The notes: generated from the letters alone by a model not told the origin. 64,000 bases of DNA from Candidatus Bathyarchaeota archaeon (GCA_963777155.1 CAVZPM010000011.1:25791-89790); one strand, 5' to 3'. Positions 40,452 through 52,715 are shown, numbered from the stretch's first letter. Translations and numbers: made by a program.

Positions 40452-43142
40452 TTGAAACAAATAAGAAATAAAACGTTGTCTTTTTTGATTGCAATTGTCT
40501 TAACTATCTCGATTGGAGCTTCAACAATACTAATACCCAACACCACTGCTCACACTCCCCCACAGCAGATTCCTACTTATGCCTATGTGCAGGCTGTACC
40601 TAACCCTGTCGGGATCGGTCAGGCAGCACTTATCTACATGTGGGTTGACAAAATACCGGACGGAGCACAACTAGGCAACAGCATCCGATTCCAGAACTAC
40701 CAACTCAAAATTACCGCACCCGACGGAACAGTTCAAACACAAACCTTCCCAGTCGTCCAAGACCCAACATCAAACCAACACTATTCTTTCACTCCCACCC
40801 AAATCGGCACATACATCCTTAACTTTACATTCCCAGGATACACATACACTTACACAGGTCTTATTCCAGGCTTCTTTGGTCCCCCAGCGCCAAGTGCATA
40901 CGTAGGTGATACCTATGTTGCCAGCACTGCATCAGCAACAATGACTGTTCAGGAAGCAGCAATTCCAACAATCCCAACCGTTCCACTTCCAGAATCATAC
41001 TGGACACGCCCAATATACGGAGAGAACCCTAACTGGTTCACGATTTCGTCAAACTGGCTAGGAATCCAAGCACCAGGATATACAAGCGGTTTCCCAGGGG
41101 ATGCTGTCGGCCCCCTAACTGGACACGTGATGTGGACTAAACCGATTCAGAGCGGCGGAGTCGTCGGCGGAAACAACTTCGAAATTCAAGGAGCCACTTT
41201 CTTCGAAGGTTCAGCATACGCTCAAAGATTCGAAGTACCAATAATAATGGACGGAAAACTCTACTACACAGAACCACTATCGTTCGGAGGAGTTCCAGGA
41301 GCAATGAGTGGGCAGCCTTATGGCCCAACAAACTGTGTTGATCTACGCACAGGACAGGTCATTTGGTCTCGCTCCGATGTACCTGCGCCATCCTTCGGCT
41401 ACATATACGACGTTCATGAACCCAACCAACATGGAACTTACCCACCAATACTATTCTATGCTGTTGGACAAAGCTTCTTTGCCACTGCATCTGAATGGCG
41501 AGCTTATGATGGAGACACAGGAGATGCATTATTCAACGTAACTAACATTCCATCAGGCACAAAGGCTATGGGTCCAAACGGTGAATACCTGATATACGTC
41601 TTGGCAAATTGTGGACCAACAACAATGACACCTTTTGGCCCTGTTCCTAGCGGTCCAGCACAGTATTATCTGGCTCAATGGAACTCATCTAACCTCTGGA
41701 CTGGTCAATACTCAGGCGCCTCAACAACACCATCCGTAGTACCACCTATAACCAACGGAGCAGACCCACGCATGTACGACTGGAACATTTCAATACCCGC
41801 ACTAAACACTATGGCCTCATCACCTTCAATAGTTGACGCCTTCACCAACAACATGTTAATTGGCATGAGCGGCTCCTACCCGGGAGTTGCAGGTGCATTC
41901 GGTGGAGGAGGCTCATCTCCCTACACGTACTTCGGTGTCAACCTCAACGCAACAAAAGGCGCAGTCGGTACCATACTATTCACAAATACACTTCAAGCAC
42001 CAGCAGGCAACATCACTGTCTCATACGCCGGAGCTGATCCAGCAACCGGAGTCTTCGCTGAAACATACAAAGAAACCATGCAACGAGTAGGCTTTAGCAT
42101 GGCAACAGGTCAGAAGATGTGGGGTCCAGTTGGCGATCAAGTGGCCTTCCAATACTACAGCACTACCGGATACTACAGCGGTGGACTAGGAGGATGCATA
42201 CTTGCATACGGCAAACTATACAGCGCTGGATACGGAGGAATAATCTACGCTTACGATCTGCATACTGGAAACCTACTGTGGACTTACGGCAATGGCGGCG
42301 CAGGCAACAGCACAAGCATGGGCTACGGAGTACGCGGCAACTATCCAACCACCATGTACGCCATCGGCAACGGAGTAATATACACAATTACTACCGAGCA
42401 CACTGTCCAAACACCAATCTACAAAGGCGCAGAGACACGAGGCATTAACGCAACTGACGGAACCGAAATCTTTACTCTTAATGACTACTGCGGCTCTTTC
42501 GCTACTGCAACAGCTGCAATCGCAGACGGCTTTGCAACAGTCTTCAACGGCTATGACAACCAAATCTACAGCATAGGCAGAGGACCAAGCGCACTAACAG
42601 TGGAAGCACCAAAAACATCAAACGAACTAGGCAAATCACTCGTCATTGACGGCACAGTAATGGACGTTTCAGCCGGCACAAAGCAAGTCGCGCAAGCATC
42701 AAACTTCCCCAATGGAGTCCCAGTATCATCTGACGTATCTATGAAGGATTGGATGGGCTATGTCTACCAGCAGAAACCGCTTCCAAGCAGCTTCACTGGT
42801 GTTGACGTAACAGTCGACGTTATCGACTCAAATGGCAACTTCCGAAACATCGGCACAGCACAGACTGACCAAACCGGCATGTACAGCTTCACATGGAAGC
42901 CTGACATATCCGGCAGCTACAAGGTCATCGCAACTTTCCACGGCACCAACGGATACTGGCCATCATACTCAGAAACAACCTTCGTAGTAGATGAAGCAGC
43001 AGCAACACCATCACCAGTCGCAACCACTCCAGCAAACCTAGCAACAACCTCAGACCTAATGATGTACATAGTCGGCGCAACAATCGCAATAATCATTGCA
43101 ATAGCTATAGTCGGCTTACTACTGCTCAGGAAACACCCATAG
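40452..43142 (+). CDS. Large secreted PQQ-like beta-propeller surface protein with C-terminal membrane anchor
   Basis: Signal peptide, PNPVGIGQ, LPESYWTRPI, propeller repeats (YAYDLHTGNLLW), Ig-like C-terminus, TM plus RKHP. Confidence 0.85.
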   Translation: MKQIRNKTLSFLIAIVLTISIGASTILIPNTTAHTPPQQIPTYAYVQAVPNPVGIGQAALIYMWVDKIPDGAQLGNSIRFQNYQLKITAPDGTVQTQTFPVVQDPTSNQHYSFTPTQIGTYILNFTFPGYTYTYTGLIPGFFGPPAPSAYVGDTYVASTASATMTVQEAAIPTIPTVPLPESYWTRPIYGENPNWFTISSNWLGIQAPGYTSGFPGDAVGPLTGHVMWTKPIQSGGVVGGNNFEIQGATFFEGSAYAQRFEVPIIMDGKLYYTEPLSFGGVPGAMSGQPYGPTNCVDLRTGQVIWSRSDVPAPSFGYIYDVHEPNQHGTYPPILFYAVGQSFFATASEWRAYDGDTGDALFNVTNIPSGTKAMGPNGEYLIYVLANCGPTTMTPFGPVPSGPAQYYLAQWNSSNLWTGQYSGASTTPSVVPPITNGADPRMYDWNISIPALNTMASSPSIVDAFTNNMLIGMSGSYPGVAGAFGGGGSSPYTYFGVNLNATKGAVGTILFTNTLQAPAGNITVSYAGADPATGVFAETYKETMQRVGFSMATGQKMWGPVGDQVAFQYYSTTGYYSGGLGGCILAYGKLYSAGYGGIIYAYDLHTGNLLWTYGNGGAGNSTSMGYGVRGNYPTTMYAIGNGVIYTITTEHTVQTPIYKGAETRGINATDGTEIFTLNDYCGSFATATAAIADGFATVFNGYDNQIYSIGRGPSALTVEAPKTSNELGKSLVIDGTVMDVSAGTKQVAQASNFPNGVPVSSDVSMKDWMGYVYQQKPLPSSFTGVDVTVDVIDSNGNFRNIGTAQTDQTGMYSFTWKPDISGSYKVIATFHGTNGYWPSYSETTFVVDEAAATPSPVATTPANLATTSDLMMYIVGATIAIIIAIAIVGLLLLRKHP

Positions 43143-43397
43143 AAAGAAGCAAATATCAAAACAACTTTCCCTTTTTATTTTTTTTATTTGAAAAATTTTA
43201 CGGCATAGCATAATCAATGTCTACTGTGTATATTCGCATAGCATTCAACACATCTATCAATCTCTTGAAGATTTCAAGATAATTTTTGTTTTTATCTGGT
43301 CATACTGAAACAATCGGGTCTGTGACGAACGACTAGAGAGTTAAATTTATTAGTGGTAACTTAATCTTAATTGAAAACACAAAGGAAGTAAGAAAAA

Positions 43398-46093
43398 ATG
43401 CAATTTAAAAATAAAGCATCAATTTTGATCGCAACTTTTCTGATATTGACAATGGTTATACCAGCTTTCATGGTAGACCCCACTGCCGCACAAACTTCAG
43501 GCCAAATGACATCATACGCATACCTTATCGTAGAACCCAACCCAGTAGGTGTAGGACAAACCACCTACATCGCAATGATCGTTGACGTACCACTACCTAG
43601 CGCATCAGAAGCCAACGATATTAGACGACATGACTACACACTCACTATCACAGCACCAGATGGTACAGTAGAAACAAAAACTTGGGCAAGAGTTGCAGAC
43701 ACAACAGGTGTCCAATCAACCTCATTCACACCAGATCAAGTAGGAACATACACCTTCACCTTCAACTACCCAGACCAAAAATACACATGGACAACAGCTC
43801 AAGGCGGAAGCGCAGCATATGCAAACGTAACCTTCCTAGGCACCAGTGCAACAGCAACCCTGACCGTCCAACAAGACCCAGTAGCTGCAACAGCAGACTC
43901 ACCACTACCAACTGAATATTGGACAAGACCAATCTATCGGTGAAGACTCTAACTGGTACACAATCGGCTCACACTGGCTAGGCAGCGCAGCACTTACTTA
44001 GGAACATTCCAACAAAGCGGCTATGAACCTATGGCAAACAAGGCGGAACTGGACCAGAAAGTTCACACATCGTCTGGACAACTCCACTTGAAGACGGAGG
44101 AGTCGTCGGCGGAATAAACACAGGCATCACTGGCGCAACCTTCTACTCAGGCGGTTCATATGAAGGCAGATTCCAAAACGCAATCATCATGAACGGCAGA
44201 CTCTACTACAAAGCACCACTAGGTGACCAAGTTAGCGCAGCTAGCAACCGGCGGCAGGCGCCTACACATGCAGAGACTTACGCACAGGCGAAATCCTCTG
44301 GACAAACGACAACATTCAACCCAACATTCGGCGAACTCTACTGCTACGAATCACCAAACCAGCACGGTGTAGTTCCAAACGGCTACCTATGGCAAACAGT
44401 TACTCCAGTCAGGTCAACAACCCAAACATGGATTGCATGGGACTCATTAACTGGCAAATGGCTATTCAACCTCACCGATGTACCATCAACAGGCACAATC
44501 GCATACACAAGCCAAGGTGAAATCGTCAAATACATACTAAACTACAACAACACCGCAAAATCAGGCTGGCTAGCACTCTGGAACTGGACAAGTGCAAACG
44601 GAGTACCAGCAAGCTCTACAACCGCTAACGGTGTACAACTAAACGGACCCGGATCAGGCACTAACTACCTACAGTTCAGACCAGTCGGCAGAGTCATCAA
44701 CGCCAGCACCGCATACTCATGGAACGTTACATCGGCGATTATGGGCCGCAGACTTAATCACGGCAGTGCTATCACACACAAAACCCAACAATACAGTACG
44801 TACTTCCAGGCGATTTACTATTTGGCACAACACCCAACATAGCACCAGGTGTTCTATCATTAAGAGGCACACCTAACCCATACACAGTTTGGACAATAAG
44901 CTTAGCAGACAGCAACAAAGGCAGCACTCATATGGAAGAAAACATATCGATGCACCATCAGGTAACATGACACGCAACCTCGGTCCACTAGACCCAGTTA
45001 ACCGCGTTTGGACAATGACGACCGCTGAAGACATTCCAATGACTCAAGGTTACAGTCTAGCAGACGGAAGCCAAACTGTGGGGTCCAACCAACAACAGTA
45101 CATACGCCCAATGCAATGGTTCAGCAGCGGCTCAGGTGCAGGTCAAAGAGCAGTAACTGCATACGGAAACATCTATACCCAAGGCTTCGGTGGAGAAATG
45201 TTCTGCTATGACTACATCCAGACGGTGACACTACTCTGGAAATTCAACAACACAGACAGCGGCGTCGACACATCTTGGGGTCTTGATCCCAATATTCATC
45301 GCAGCAATCGCTGACGGCAAAGTCTACGCATTCAACAACGAACACTCACCAAACAGCCCACTATACAAAGGCTACAGCATCTACTGTCTAAACGCTACCA
45401 CAGGTGAAGAAATCTACAAGATGCTCAGTTGGTCAGGCCAAACCGGCGGACAAGGTCTACAGCACAGCAATCCTAGCAGACGGAACACTAGTCTACTACA
45501 ACTACTACGACAACCAAATCTACGCTATCGCAAAAGGTCCAAGCCAAACCACAGTGACAGCTTCACCGAAAGTCTCAGACATTACGGCGACAAAGTCCTA
45601 GTCGAAGGTACAGTCATCGACATATCAGCAGGTACACAACAGAACGAGCAAGCAGCACGTTTCCCCGCAGGTGTCCCAGCAGTCTCCGATGCAAGCCAAG
45701 CAGCATGGATGGAATACGTCTACATGAAACAAGAGAAGCCAACAAACGCCACAGGTGTTTCAGTAATTGTAAGCGTAGTCGACCCCAACGGCAACTATTA
45801 CAACTGTCGGCACAACCACAAGTGACGCAAGCGGCGCATTCAAACTGGCATTCGATCCGCAAGTACCAGGCGAATACACAATCATGGCAAGCTTTGCAGG
45901 TTCCGGCTCATACTATGGATCATCGGCAGAAACCGCAGTCTACGTTGGCGAAGCACACGCTACAGTAGCACCAACAGCAGCACCAGTAGAATCAATTGCC
46001 GATCAATACTTTGTCCCAGCCGTCGTAGGCATAATAGTAGCCATCGTTGTCTGCTTTGCCATCACGATAGTTTTGCTAAGAAAACGACCATAA
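43398..46093 (+). pseudogene. Paralogous beta-propeller surface protein, heavily frameshifted
   Basis: Fragments carry the same motifs (PNPVGVGQ, LPTEYWTRPI, SPNQHG, EHSPNSPLYKG, FPAGVPAVSD, LLRKRP) in many frames. Confidence 0.8.
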
Positions 46094-46284
46094 GAAAAGA
46101 CAAAAAACAATTTCCCCTCTTTCCTTTTTTTGATCATCCTTTTAGAGACGAGAGTGTTGAGTTTCTTATCTTGTTCTGCAAGAAAACAAAAAATATGTTT
46201 TTTATTCTGTTTTATTTGGTCTTTGCCAATTCGAAAACCAGTTGGTTTATATCTCTTAGTGTGGCTTGAAACGCTGAAATTCAG

Positions 46285-46437
46285 ATGTCAAGAAAGAACC
46301 CTCTGGAAAAAACTTGCCCCGAATGCGAAGAAGAAATGAACCCTGTCTACGACAAGAGCAAGAAACTCACCTGTTGGGAATGCACCGAATGCGGCACAGT
46401 TCTAACCGCAGATAAAGAAAAGCCTAAGCTACCATAA
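46285..46437 (+). CDS. Zinc-finger microprotein (50 aa; not in ORF track)
   Basis: MSRKNPLEKTCPECEEEM...WECTECGTVL... Confidence 0.65.
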   Translation: MSRKNPLEKTCPECEEEMNPVYDKSKKLTCWECTECGTVLTADKEKPKLP

Positions 46438-46448
46438 TTGGTAAACAC

Positions 46449-46952
46449 TTAGTTTCTGTCTATTTTTTCTTCAGCCCGAAAGTCGATCTTGCCACATTTT
46501 GGACACAAGTAAACTATTACCGGCAACTCTTTTTCATCAAGCTGCATCGAGCTAGCGGGTTTTTGCTCTTTCCATCCATCAATCTTAAGCTTGGTTCGAG
46601 TTTGAAGCGTCTCAGCGTTGCATGCGGTGCAGTAGGTTACTGGGGCGTTTTCTGTTATGTCCTCTTCAGGTTTTTCCTCATTTACTGTTGAGCTGTTGAT
46701 GGGGGTTTCATATTGATCTATTTGTCGGGGCTCATTCTCGCCGCTTCCTAAGAATTTGCAGGGAGTGGGGCAGTCTAACACAAACATGCAAAGATAGCAA
46801 CAGGTCATCTTCTCATCATTTCTGCATCGAACATTTCTGCTTGTCCTTGCTTTCTCACTCTCAGAAACAGCCAAACATGTTTTCTCACTAGTTAAGTATT
46901 CACAGCTACTGGCTAAGTCCGACATGTTATTCTCTTCCCAATATACAATCAA
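46449..46952 (-). CDS. Cys-rich protein with C-terminal zinc ribbon
   Basis: CEYL, CCYLC, CTAC...CPKCGK. Confidence 0.65.
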   Translation of the reverse strand: MIVYWEENNMSDLASSCEYLTSEKTCLAVSESEKARTSRNVRCRNDEKMTCCYLCMFVLDCPTPCKFLGSGENEPRQIDQYETPINSSTVNEEKPEEDITENAPVTYCTACNAETLQTRTKLKIDGWKEQKPASSMQLDEKELPVIVYLCPKCGKIDFRAEEKIDRN

Positions 46953-46999
46953 AGTTGCTGGTTTTGCCTATTTGCGTTTTGGTCAGGAACCATGTGTGA

Positions 47000-47057
47000 T
47001 TGTTGCAACTGGAGCGCAGTGTTCAGTTGCAACAACAATAACAACAACAACTTCTCC
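47000..47057. repeat. Palindromic repeat-family copy 1 (12-12-12 inverted repeat + (CAA)n)
   Basis: TTGTTGCAACTG-gagcgcagtgtt-CAGTTGCAACAA, then CAA repeats and CTTCTC. Confidence 0.7.
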
Positions 47058-47134
47058 CCATTGCAGGATGCCATCTAACTTCTGTTTAACTTAAAAATAA
47101 AAGGACGTATACTACAATTAGTCAGATGATCTGA

Positions 47135-47467
47135 ATGCTAAATTGGACAGTTGTGGACTCAGATGGTAGCCTCTTTTCAAGGGGAAAACACGATTATTAC
47201 GCCATAGTTGTCCGAGGAATTCCGCAAGATCACCCTGAAGACTGCATCGTAGAACTCTATGTGACAGATAAAGAAATGACAATTAACGAGATCAAGACCA
47301 GCGCATACCATGAAAAAATTACTCTATTATCGCGGTCACTGGTTTTAGGGGACTTGTTGCCCTTGGCAAGTATAGGTCGGGTGGTTGATGAAATGAAGGA
47401 AACTGCTGAGAAAAGAGAGAAAGAGTATCCCTACGGCTCAATCTCAAGCGCTTATAGGTCAAAATAA
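47135..47467 (+). CDS. Hypothetical protein
   Basis: 110 aa ORF with protein-like composition. Confidence 0.55.
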   Translation: MLNWTVVDSDGSLFSRGKHDYYAIVVRGIPQDHPEDCIVELYVTDKEMTINEIKTSAYHEKITLLSRSLVLGDLLPLASIGRVVDEMKETAEKREKEYPYGSISSAYRSK

Positions 47468-47530
47468 AATATGCGGCTTTGGGCTTTCAACAAGTCTTAA
47501 ATCTGCATGGCGTAGAAATAATCAAGCGAG

Positions 47531-48064
47531 TTGCGATTGAATATGCCGATGGACTGTGAAGTTTTTGAGCCAAGTGACGAAAACATAGCTCAGCTTATTG
47601 TAAGAATTCTTGAGGAAAAAGGATACAGTGCGGGCTATCAACTCGGTTACCCACATAATAAAGTCTTCATAAAAGTTGACGTTAAAGAAGAAGCAGACAG
47701 AATTTCAGGCATAATCAGGAAGTTCATGAAAAAATCCAATTTAACAGAGAGGGCAATGACAACTTCCAAATTTAACACATTAACAAGTAATCTTGGCAGC
47801 TTAATACCCGAACCACCAAACAGAAAGCTGGAAAGACCCGCAGAGATTATAGAAAAGAAACCTGAAAACATCGACATTTATCACTCGGAAAAATCTGAAA
47901 GTGAAGTTTACGGCAATGTCAAGTTTGAAGAATTGAGAAGCAAAATCTCTGAAAAGCTTAATCAAATAAATACTCTAATCGCGGAAAATCCCAAGGATCG
48001 CTCAAACGAGAAAAGAAGAATCGAAAGAGATACTCTGGTTTGGGTTCTTCAGAACATGCCGTGA
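47531..48064 (+). CDS. Hypothetical protein
   Basis: 177 aa ORF with protein-like composition. Confidence 0.55.
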   Translation: MRLNMPMDCEVFEPSDENIAQLIVRILEEKGYSAGYQLGYPHNKVFIKVDVKEEADRISGIIRKFMKKSNLTERAMTTSKFNTLTSNLGSLIPEPPNRKLERPAEIIEKKPENIDIYHSEKSESEVYGNVKFEELRSKISEKLNQINTLIAENPKDRSNEKRRIERDTLVWVLQNMP

Positions 48065-48103
48065 ATAACTCAGTTCAGCATTTCAGGGTGTTGGCAGGTT
48101 GAA

Positions 48104-48706
48104 TTAGCTCATTCTGGAATAGCTTAATTCAACGGCGCCTGAATTAAATGTCCTTGTGCCGATTAGTTTCAGGTTCTGTCTGAAATTTAGGTCTTTTAAC
48201 AAAAGTTTTCCTTCACCTAAAATCACTGGATGAACAACCATCAGATATTCATCAATCAACCCCAATTTCGCAAAAGTCTGCGCTACAGTTGCGCCGCCTG
48301 CAACAATCAGGTTCTTTCCCGGTTGCTGCTTTAGTTTTTGGATCTCTTCAGCGATATTATCTTTAATTAGCACAGTGTTTTTCCATTCAACTCTATTCAA
48401 GGTACTTGAGACAACAACTTTTTTTGCTTCATCAGCAAACCTTGAAAACCTTTTGTCGCTTTCCGTGCTTTGGAGATTGTTTGCAGCTGCTGGCCAATAT
48501 TTCTCCCATATCTGGTAGGTTCTTCGTCCAAGAATAAAAGTGTCAGCGGCTTCGAGATTTTTCCACATTTCCTCGTGAAGATCTTTCCACATCATTTCAT
48601 TGGTGAAAGGTGGAAGATAATCCATTTCATCGTTTGGTCCAGTCGAAAAGCCATCCAACGTCATCTGCATTGACAAAATCACTTTTCTCATAATCTTTCC
48701 CTCCAT
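48104..48706 (-). CDS. Dihydrofolate reductase family (RibD C-terminal-like) protein
   Basis: MTLDGF, LGRRTY, KVVVS, GGATVA, IDEY, HPVILGEG. Confidence 0.9.
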   Translation of the reverse strand: MEGKIMRKVILSMQMTLDGFSTGPNDEMDYLPPFTNEMMWKDLHEEMWKNLEAADTFILGRRTYQIWEKYWPAAANNLQSTESDKRFSRFADEAKKVVVSSTLNRVEWKNTVLIKDNIAEEIQKLKQQPGKNLIVAGGATVAQTFAKLGLIDEYLMVVHPVILGEGKLLLKDLNFRQNLKLIGTRTFNSGAVELSYSRMS

Positions 48707-48927
48707 TTATTTTCCATAAAAGTCATTTCTTCAAAAAACTTTGATAATGAAGGAAAAGAACATTGTAATTTAAACCTATCTAAAAACCAAACATGCCTGA
48801 CTATTTGTTGTCTAATTCTGGGATCCGCTGAGATTAAGGGGGTTGTTAACATTCCGATTGCCTGTTTTGTTTAGAAATGCGTATAAGCAACTTATGACAC
48901 GTGTCATATTAAGGTGAAATGAAAGAA

Positions 48928-49050
48928 ATGTTATCCCGAGATTGTGATGGATGCCCAAACCAACTCCACGAATGCAAACCTCGGTTTGCAAAAGTCACTA
49001 TGGGCGAAAAAGTTTTCTGCCCAGACGGCACAGCACATCTAGTTAGATAG
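48928..49050 (+). CDS. Cys/His microprotein (40 aa; not in ORF track)
   Basis: AGGTGA upstream; MLSRDCDGCPNQLHECKPRFAKVTMGEKVFCPDGTAHLVR*. Confidence 0.5.
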   Translation: MLSRDCDGCPNQLHECKPRFAKVTMGEKVFCPDGTAHLVR

Positions 49051-49377
49051 TTAGTAACCAAAGCAGCCAGTTAAAATCGCTGCGAACAAAGGTTTTTCTT
49101 ATCAAGATTTTTTTAATCTTAAATGTAGTGAGAACGCTAACGAAAAGGTAGGTTGAATGAGAAATTTTCATCTCTCCTTGCAATGGAAGGCTAAGTTGTA
49201 TAATTTGGGTTTAGCTCTGATAGAATGCAGCAGTTGTTCAAAAAGCTGTTTCTCAGCAGCATCTTCTCTTCAAGAGACTGTTTTTTGTGGTTTTTAGGCT
49301 AAAGCTTTATTTGGGGAAAACATGTTCAGGTTTTGTAGACGTTAGGTCGACTTATCGTTAAGTTAGGTGATTGGCAA

Positions 49378-51969
49378 ATGAGTTTGAACAATTTTACGGT
49401 TAAATCACAAGAAGCTTTCCAGAAGGCTTTAGAAATCGCCTCAGCAGGAAGCAATCAAGCAGTTGAACCACTCCATCTTTTAAAGGGCATCTTGCTTGTT
49501 GATGAAAACGTGGTTCCTTTTTTGTTTGGAAAACTCGGGGTTAATTTCAATTCTTTTTCTGGCTTGCTTGATAAGGAAATTGGTTGTTTGCCTAAAGTTA
49601 GCGGTGGAGAGCCGTATCTTTCTTCAAATTCAAATAAGGTTCTTCGTAAGGCTCAAGAATTGGCTTCTGCTGCCAAGGACGAGTTTGTTTCCATAGAACA
49701 GTTATTGTTGGCTATACTGTCGCTAGATGATCCAGCTGCGCGTTTGCTAAAAAGCAGTGGAGTTAACGAAAAAGACCTCAAATCCGCAATCGGCCAGCTA
49801 CGCAAGGGATCCTCGGTTAATTCGCCCACAGCAGAGGAAACCTACAATGCCCTCAACAAGTTTGCAATAAACCTAAACAACATGGCTAGGGCAGGGAAAC
49901 TGGATCCAGTCATAGGACGCGAAAGCGAAATCCGCCGGGTCCTTCAAATATTGTCAAGAAGAACCAAGAATAACCCTCTTCTTATCGGCGAACCGGGCGT
50001 TGGTAAGACTGCCATAGCTGAAGGTCTAGCGCAGCGCATAATCAATGGAGATGTGCCTGAGAATTTGAAGTCAAAGCAGATTTTCTCGCTTGATATGGGA
50101 GCTTTGATTGCAGGTGCCAAGTACAAAGGAGAGTTCGAGGAGCGCCTTAAGAGCGTAATTAAGGAAGTTGTCGGAGCAGAAGGAGAAATCCTGCTCTTTA
50201 TCGATGAAATTCACACCCTTGTGGGTGCAGGCGGCGGTGAGGGCGCTATGGATGCAGCAAACATTCTTAAGCCAGCGTTAGCGCGAGGTGAGCTTCGTGC
50301 TATTGGCGCGACAACTTTGAAGGAGTATCAGAAGTATTTTGAGAAAGACAAGGCTTTGGAGAGGCGTTTTCAACCGGTTATGGTGAATGAGCCTGATGCT
50401 TTAGATGCTATCTCTATCCTTCGAGGTCTAAAAGAGCGTTATGAAGTGTACCATCATGTTCGAATAAGAGACGACGCGATAATTTCGGCTGTCGAGTTGT
50501 CTCAGCGGTATATTACGGAGCGATTTCTGCCAGACAAAGCAATTGACTTGATTGATGAAGCAGCCTCAAAGTTGGAGCTTGAAATCAATTCTCAGCCTCA
50601 AGAACTTGAAGATGTTGATCGGAAGATTCGGCAGTTAGAGATTGAACGTGAAGCCATCAAACGTGAAAAAGACGAGGTTAAACTTAAGTCGTTAAATCAG
50701 GAAATCGCCAATTTGACTGAGCAACGGAATAGTCTGCGGGCTAAGTGGCATGCTGAAAAGGAAATCGTTGATAAGATCCAGGCTAAGAAAAATGAGATTG
50801 AGCAGTTGAAGTTTGAAGAAGAAAATGCTAACCGTCAAGGAGATCTTGGAAAGATCGCGGAGATTCGATACGGCAGAATACCCGATGCGAACAAAGCGAT
50901 TGAAAGTCTGAAAAAGAAACTAACTGAATTGCAGAAGGAATCGGCGTTGGTTAATGAGGAGATAGGCGCGGAGGAGATCGCTGAAGTCGTTTCAAGCTGG
51001 ACTGGGATTCCTGTTAGTCGTATGTTGCAGACGGAGAAGCAAAAGCTACTAAACATCGAAACTGAGCTTCATATGCGGGTTGTTGGGCAAGATGAGGCGA
51101 TCCAGGCTGTTTCTGATGCGTTGCGGCGGAGTCGTGCTGGCCTACAAGATCCCAAGCGCCCAATTGGGTCTTTTATCTTCTTAGGCACAACTGGAGTTGG
51201 CAAAACCGAGCTAGTCAAAGCCTTAGCAGAGTTTCTCTTCAACAACGAGAACAACATGGTTCGAATTGACATGTCAGAATATCAAGAGCGGCACACCGTT
51301 TCAAGACTCGTGGGTGCTCCGCCCGGCTACGTTGGCTATGAAGAAAGCGGACAGTTAACTGAAGCAGTGAGAAGAAAGCCCTACTCGGTTGTTTTGCTTG
51401 ATGAAATCGAGAAGGCACATCCAGACGTCTTCAACATTCTACTTCAGGTCCTAGACGATGGTCGATTGACAGATAACAAAGGTCGAACAGTCGATTTCAA
51501 AAACACAATCATCATAATGACTTCCAACATAGGCTCTCACCTCATTCAAGAAAACCTGGAAAAAATTAACTCTGAAAACCGAGAGCAAATCCTAAACCAG
51601 ACCAAAGAGCAGGTCTTTGAGTTACTCAAGAAGAGTATCAAACCAGAATTCCTCAACCGCATCGACGAAATAATAATGTTCCAACCCCTAACCCAAGAAG
51701 AAGTTCGCAAAATAGTGGAGCTGCAACTGCAAAAAGTTCAACAAATGCTTGAAAAAACCAACATCAAACTCTCAGCCACCAAAAAAGCCGTAGACTACAT
51801 CGCAAACGTTGGATTTGACCCGCAATTCGGCGCAAGACCAATAAAACGAGTCATCCAAAAAGAAATCTTAAATGAACTATCAAAAATGCTCCTTTCTGAA
51901 AAAATCAACAAAGAAACAACGATCATCGTGGATGAAAAAAACAGCCAACTGATATTCAAAAACAAATAA
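49378..51969 (+). CDS. clpB: ATP-dependent disaggregase ClpB
   Basis: Clp-N repeats, two AAA+ modules (GEPGVGKT; GTTGVGKT), coiled-coil M domain, [14 protein letters not shown]. Confidence 0.96.
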   Translation: MSLNNFTVKSQEAFQKALEIASAGSNQAVEPLHLLKGILLVDENVVPFLFGKLGVNFNSFSGLLDKEIGCLPKVSGGEPYLSSNSNKVLRKAQELASAAKDEFVSIEQLLLAILSLDDPAARLLKSSGVNEKDLKSAIGQLRKGSSVNSPTAEETYNALNKFAINLNNMARAGKLDPVIGRESEIRRVLQILSRRTKNNPLLIGEPGVGKTAIAEGLAQRIINGDVPENLKSKQIFSLDMGALIAGAKYKGEFEERLKSVIKEVVGAEGEILLFIDEIHTLVGAGGGEGAMDAANILKPALARGELRAIGATTLKEYQKYFEKDKALERRFQPVMVNEPDALDAISILRGLKERYEVYHHVRIRDDAIISAVELSQRYITERFLPDKAIDLIDEAASKLELEINSQPQELEDVDRKIRQLEIEREAIKREKDEVKLKSLNQEIANLTEQRNSLRAKWHAEKEIVDKIQAKKNEIEQLKFEEENANRQGDLGKIAEIRYGRIPDANKAIESLKKKLTELQKESALVNEEIGAEEIAEVVSSWTGIPVSRMLQTEKQKLLNIETELHMRVVGQDEAIQAVSDALRRSRAGLQDPKRPIGSFIFLGTTGVGKTELVKALAEFLFNNENNMVRIDMSEYQERHTVSRLVGAPPGYVGYEESGQLTEAVRRKPYSVVLLDEIEKAHPDVFNILLQVLDDGRLTDNKGRTVDFKNTIIIMTSNIGSHLIQENLEKINSENREQILNQTKEQVFELLKKSIKPEFLNRIDEIIMFQPLTQEEVRKIVELQLQKVQQMLEKTNIKLSATKKAVDYIANVGFDPQFGARPIKRVIQKEILNELSKMLLSEKINKETTIIVDEKNSQLIFKNK

Positions 51970-52082
51970 GTCTTCTCTATTTTTTTATTTCTCTTGAAGT
52001 TGTTGGTTTTTGTTTGGTGTTTGGTTGTGACGTGGGGGTTTTTTGCTTCACTAATACGTTGGTTTGGAATTGTGGAACTTTT

Positions 52083-52610
52083 TTAGTTAGCTTTTCTTTG
52101 GTTTATGATTTCGCACACTCTGTCAGGGTTTTTAGAGGAAAAGACAAACACTCTGCCCTCCTTGGGAGTGACCTCGACAGCGGTGGCAAACGAAGTCGTG
52201 TATGCTATTGAACCGTCAAGTCCAGCCCTAACACCTACTCCTAAGTATCTGCCAAACGCTTTGGTTTTTTTGCAGGAAGAAATATCTTTGAGTAAGAAGG
52301 CCTTTTTGTCGAATCGTCCATAATTAACAGAGAGGCTTTCGTCATTAATTTTTATTTGAAGGCCTCGGTAATTCCAGAATACAAGCACCAGGACAGCTAA
52401 AATCACCCAAGCAAACGAAACCCCCAGAAAATCCTCAAACAATAATCCTTCGCTGAAAATGAAAAGCGAAAAAGTCACAACGACAACAATTAAACTAACC
52501 ATTAAAAATAAACCCTTAACAAGAGCTCCTGCAGGAACCCACTCGCTATATTCGAGATTTTCCATGTCTAAGTTATCAAACAGGCAACAAATAAATTTTC
52601 GCCAAAGCAC
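52083..52610 (-). CDS. Two-TM membrane protein with PH-like soluble domain
   Basis: Two TM helices, then YLGVGVR...FVFSSKNPD. Confidence 0.6.
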   Translation of the reverse strand: MLWRKFICCLFDNLDMENLEYSEWVPAGALVKGLFLMVSLIVVVVTFSLFIFSEGLLFEDFLGVSFAWVILAVLVLVFWNYRGLQIKINDESLSVNYGRFDKKAFLLKDISSCKKTKAFGRYLGVGVRAGLDGSIAYTTSFATAVEVTPKEGRVFVFSSKNPDRVCEIINQRKAN

Positions 52611-52715
52611 AAAGAGCCAACAAACATTACAAAATGGTCAAACTTAAAACTCGGGAAGATAGAAATTAACTTCGCATGCTAAACTTTTTAGGCAGAGACT
52701 ATACTAGTTTTAATT

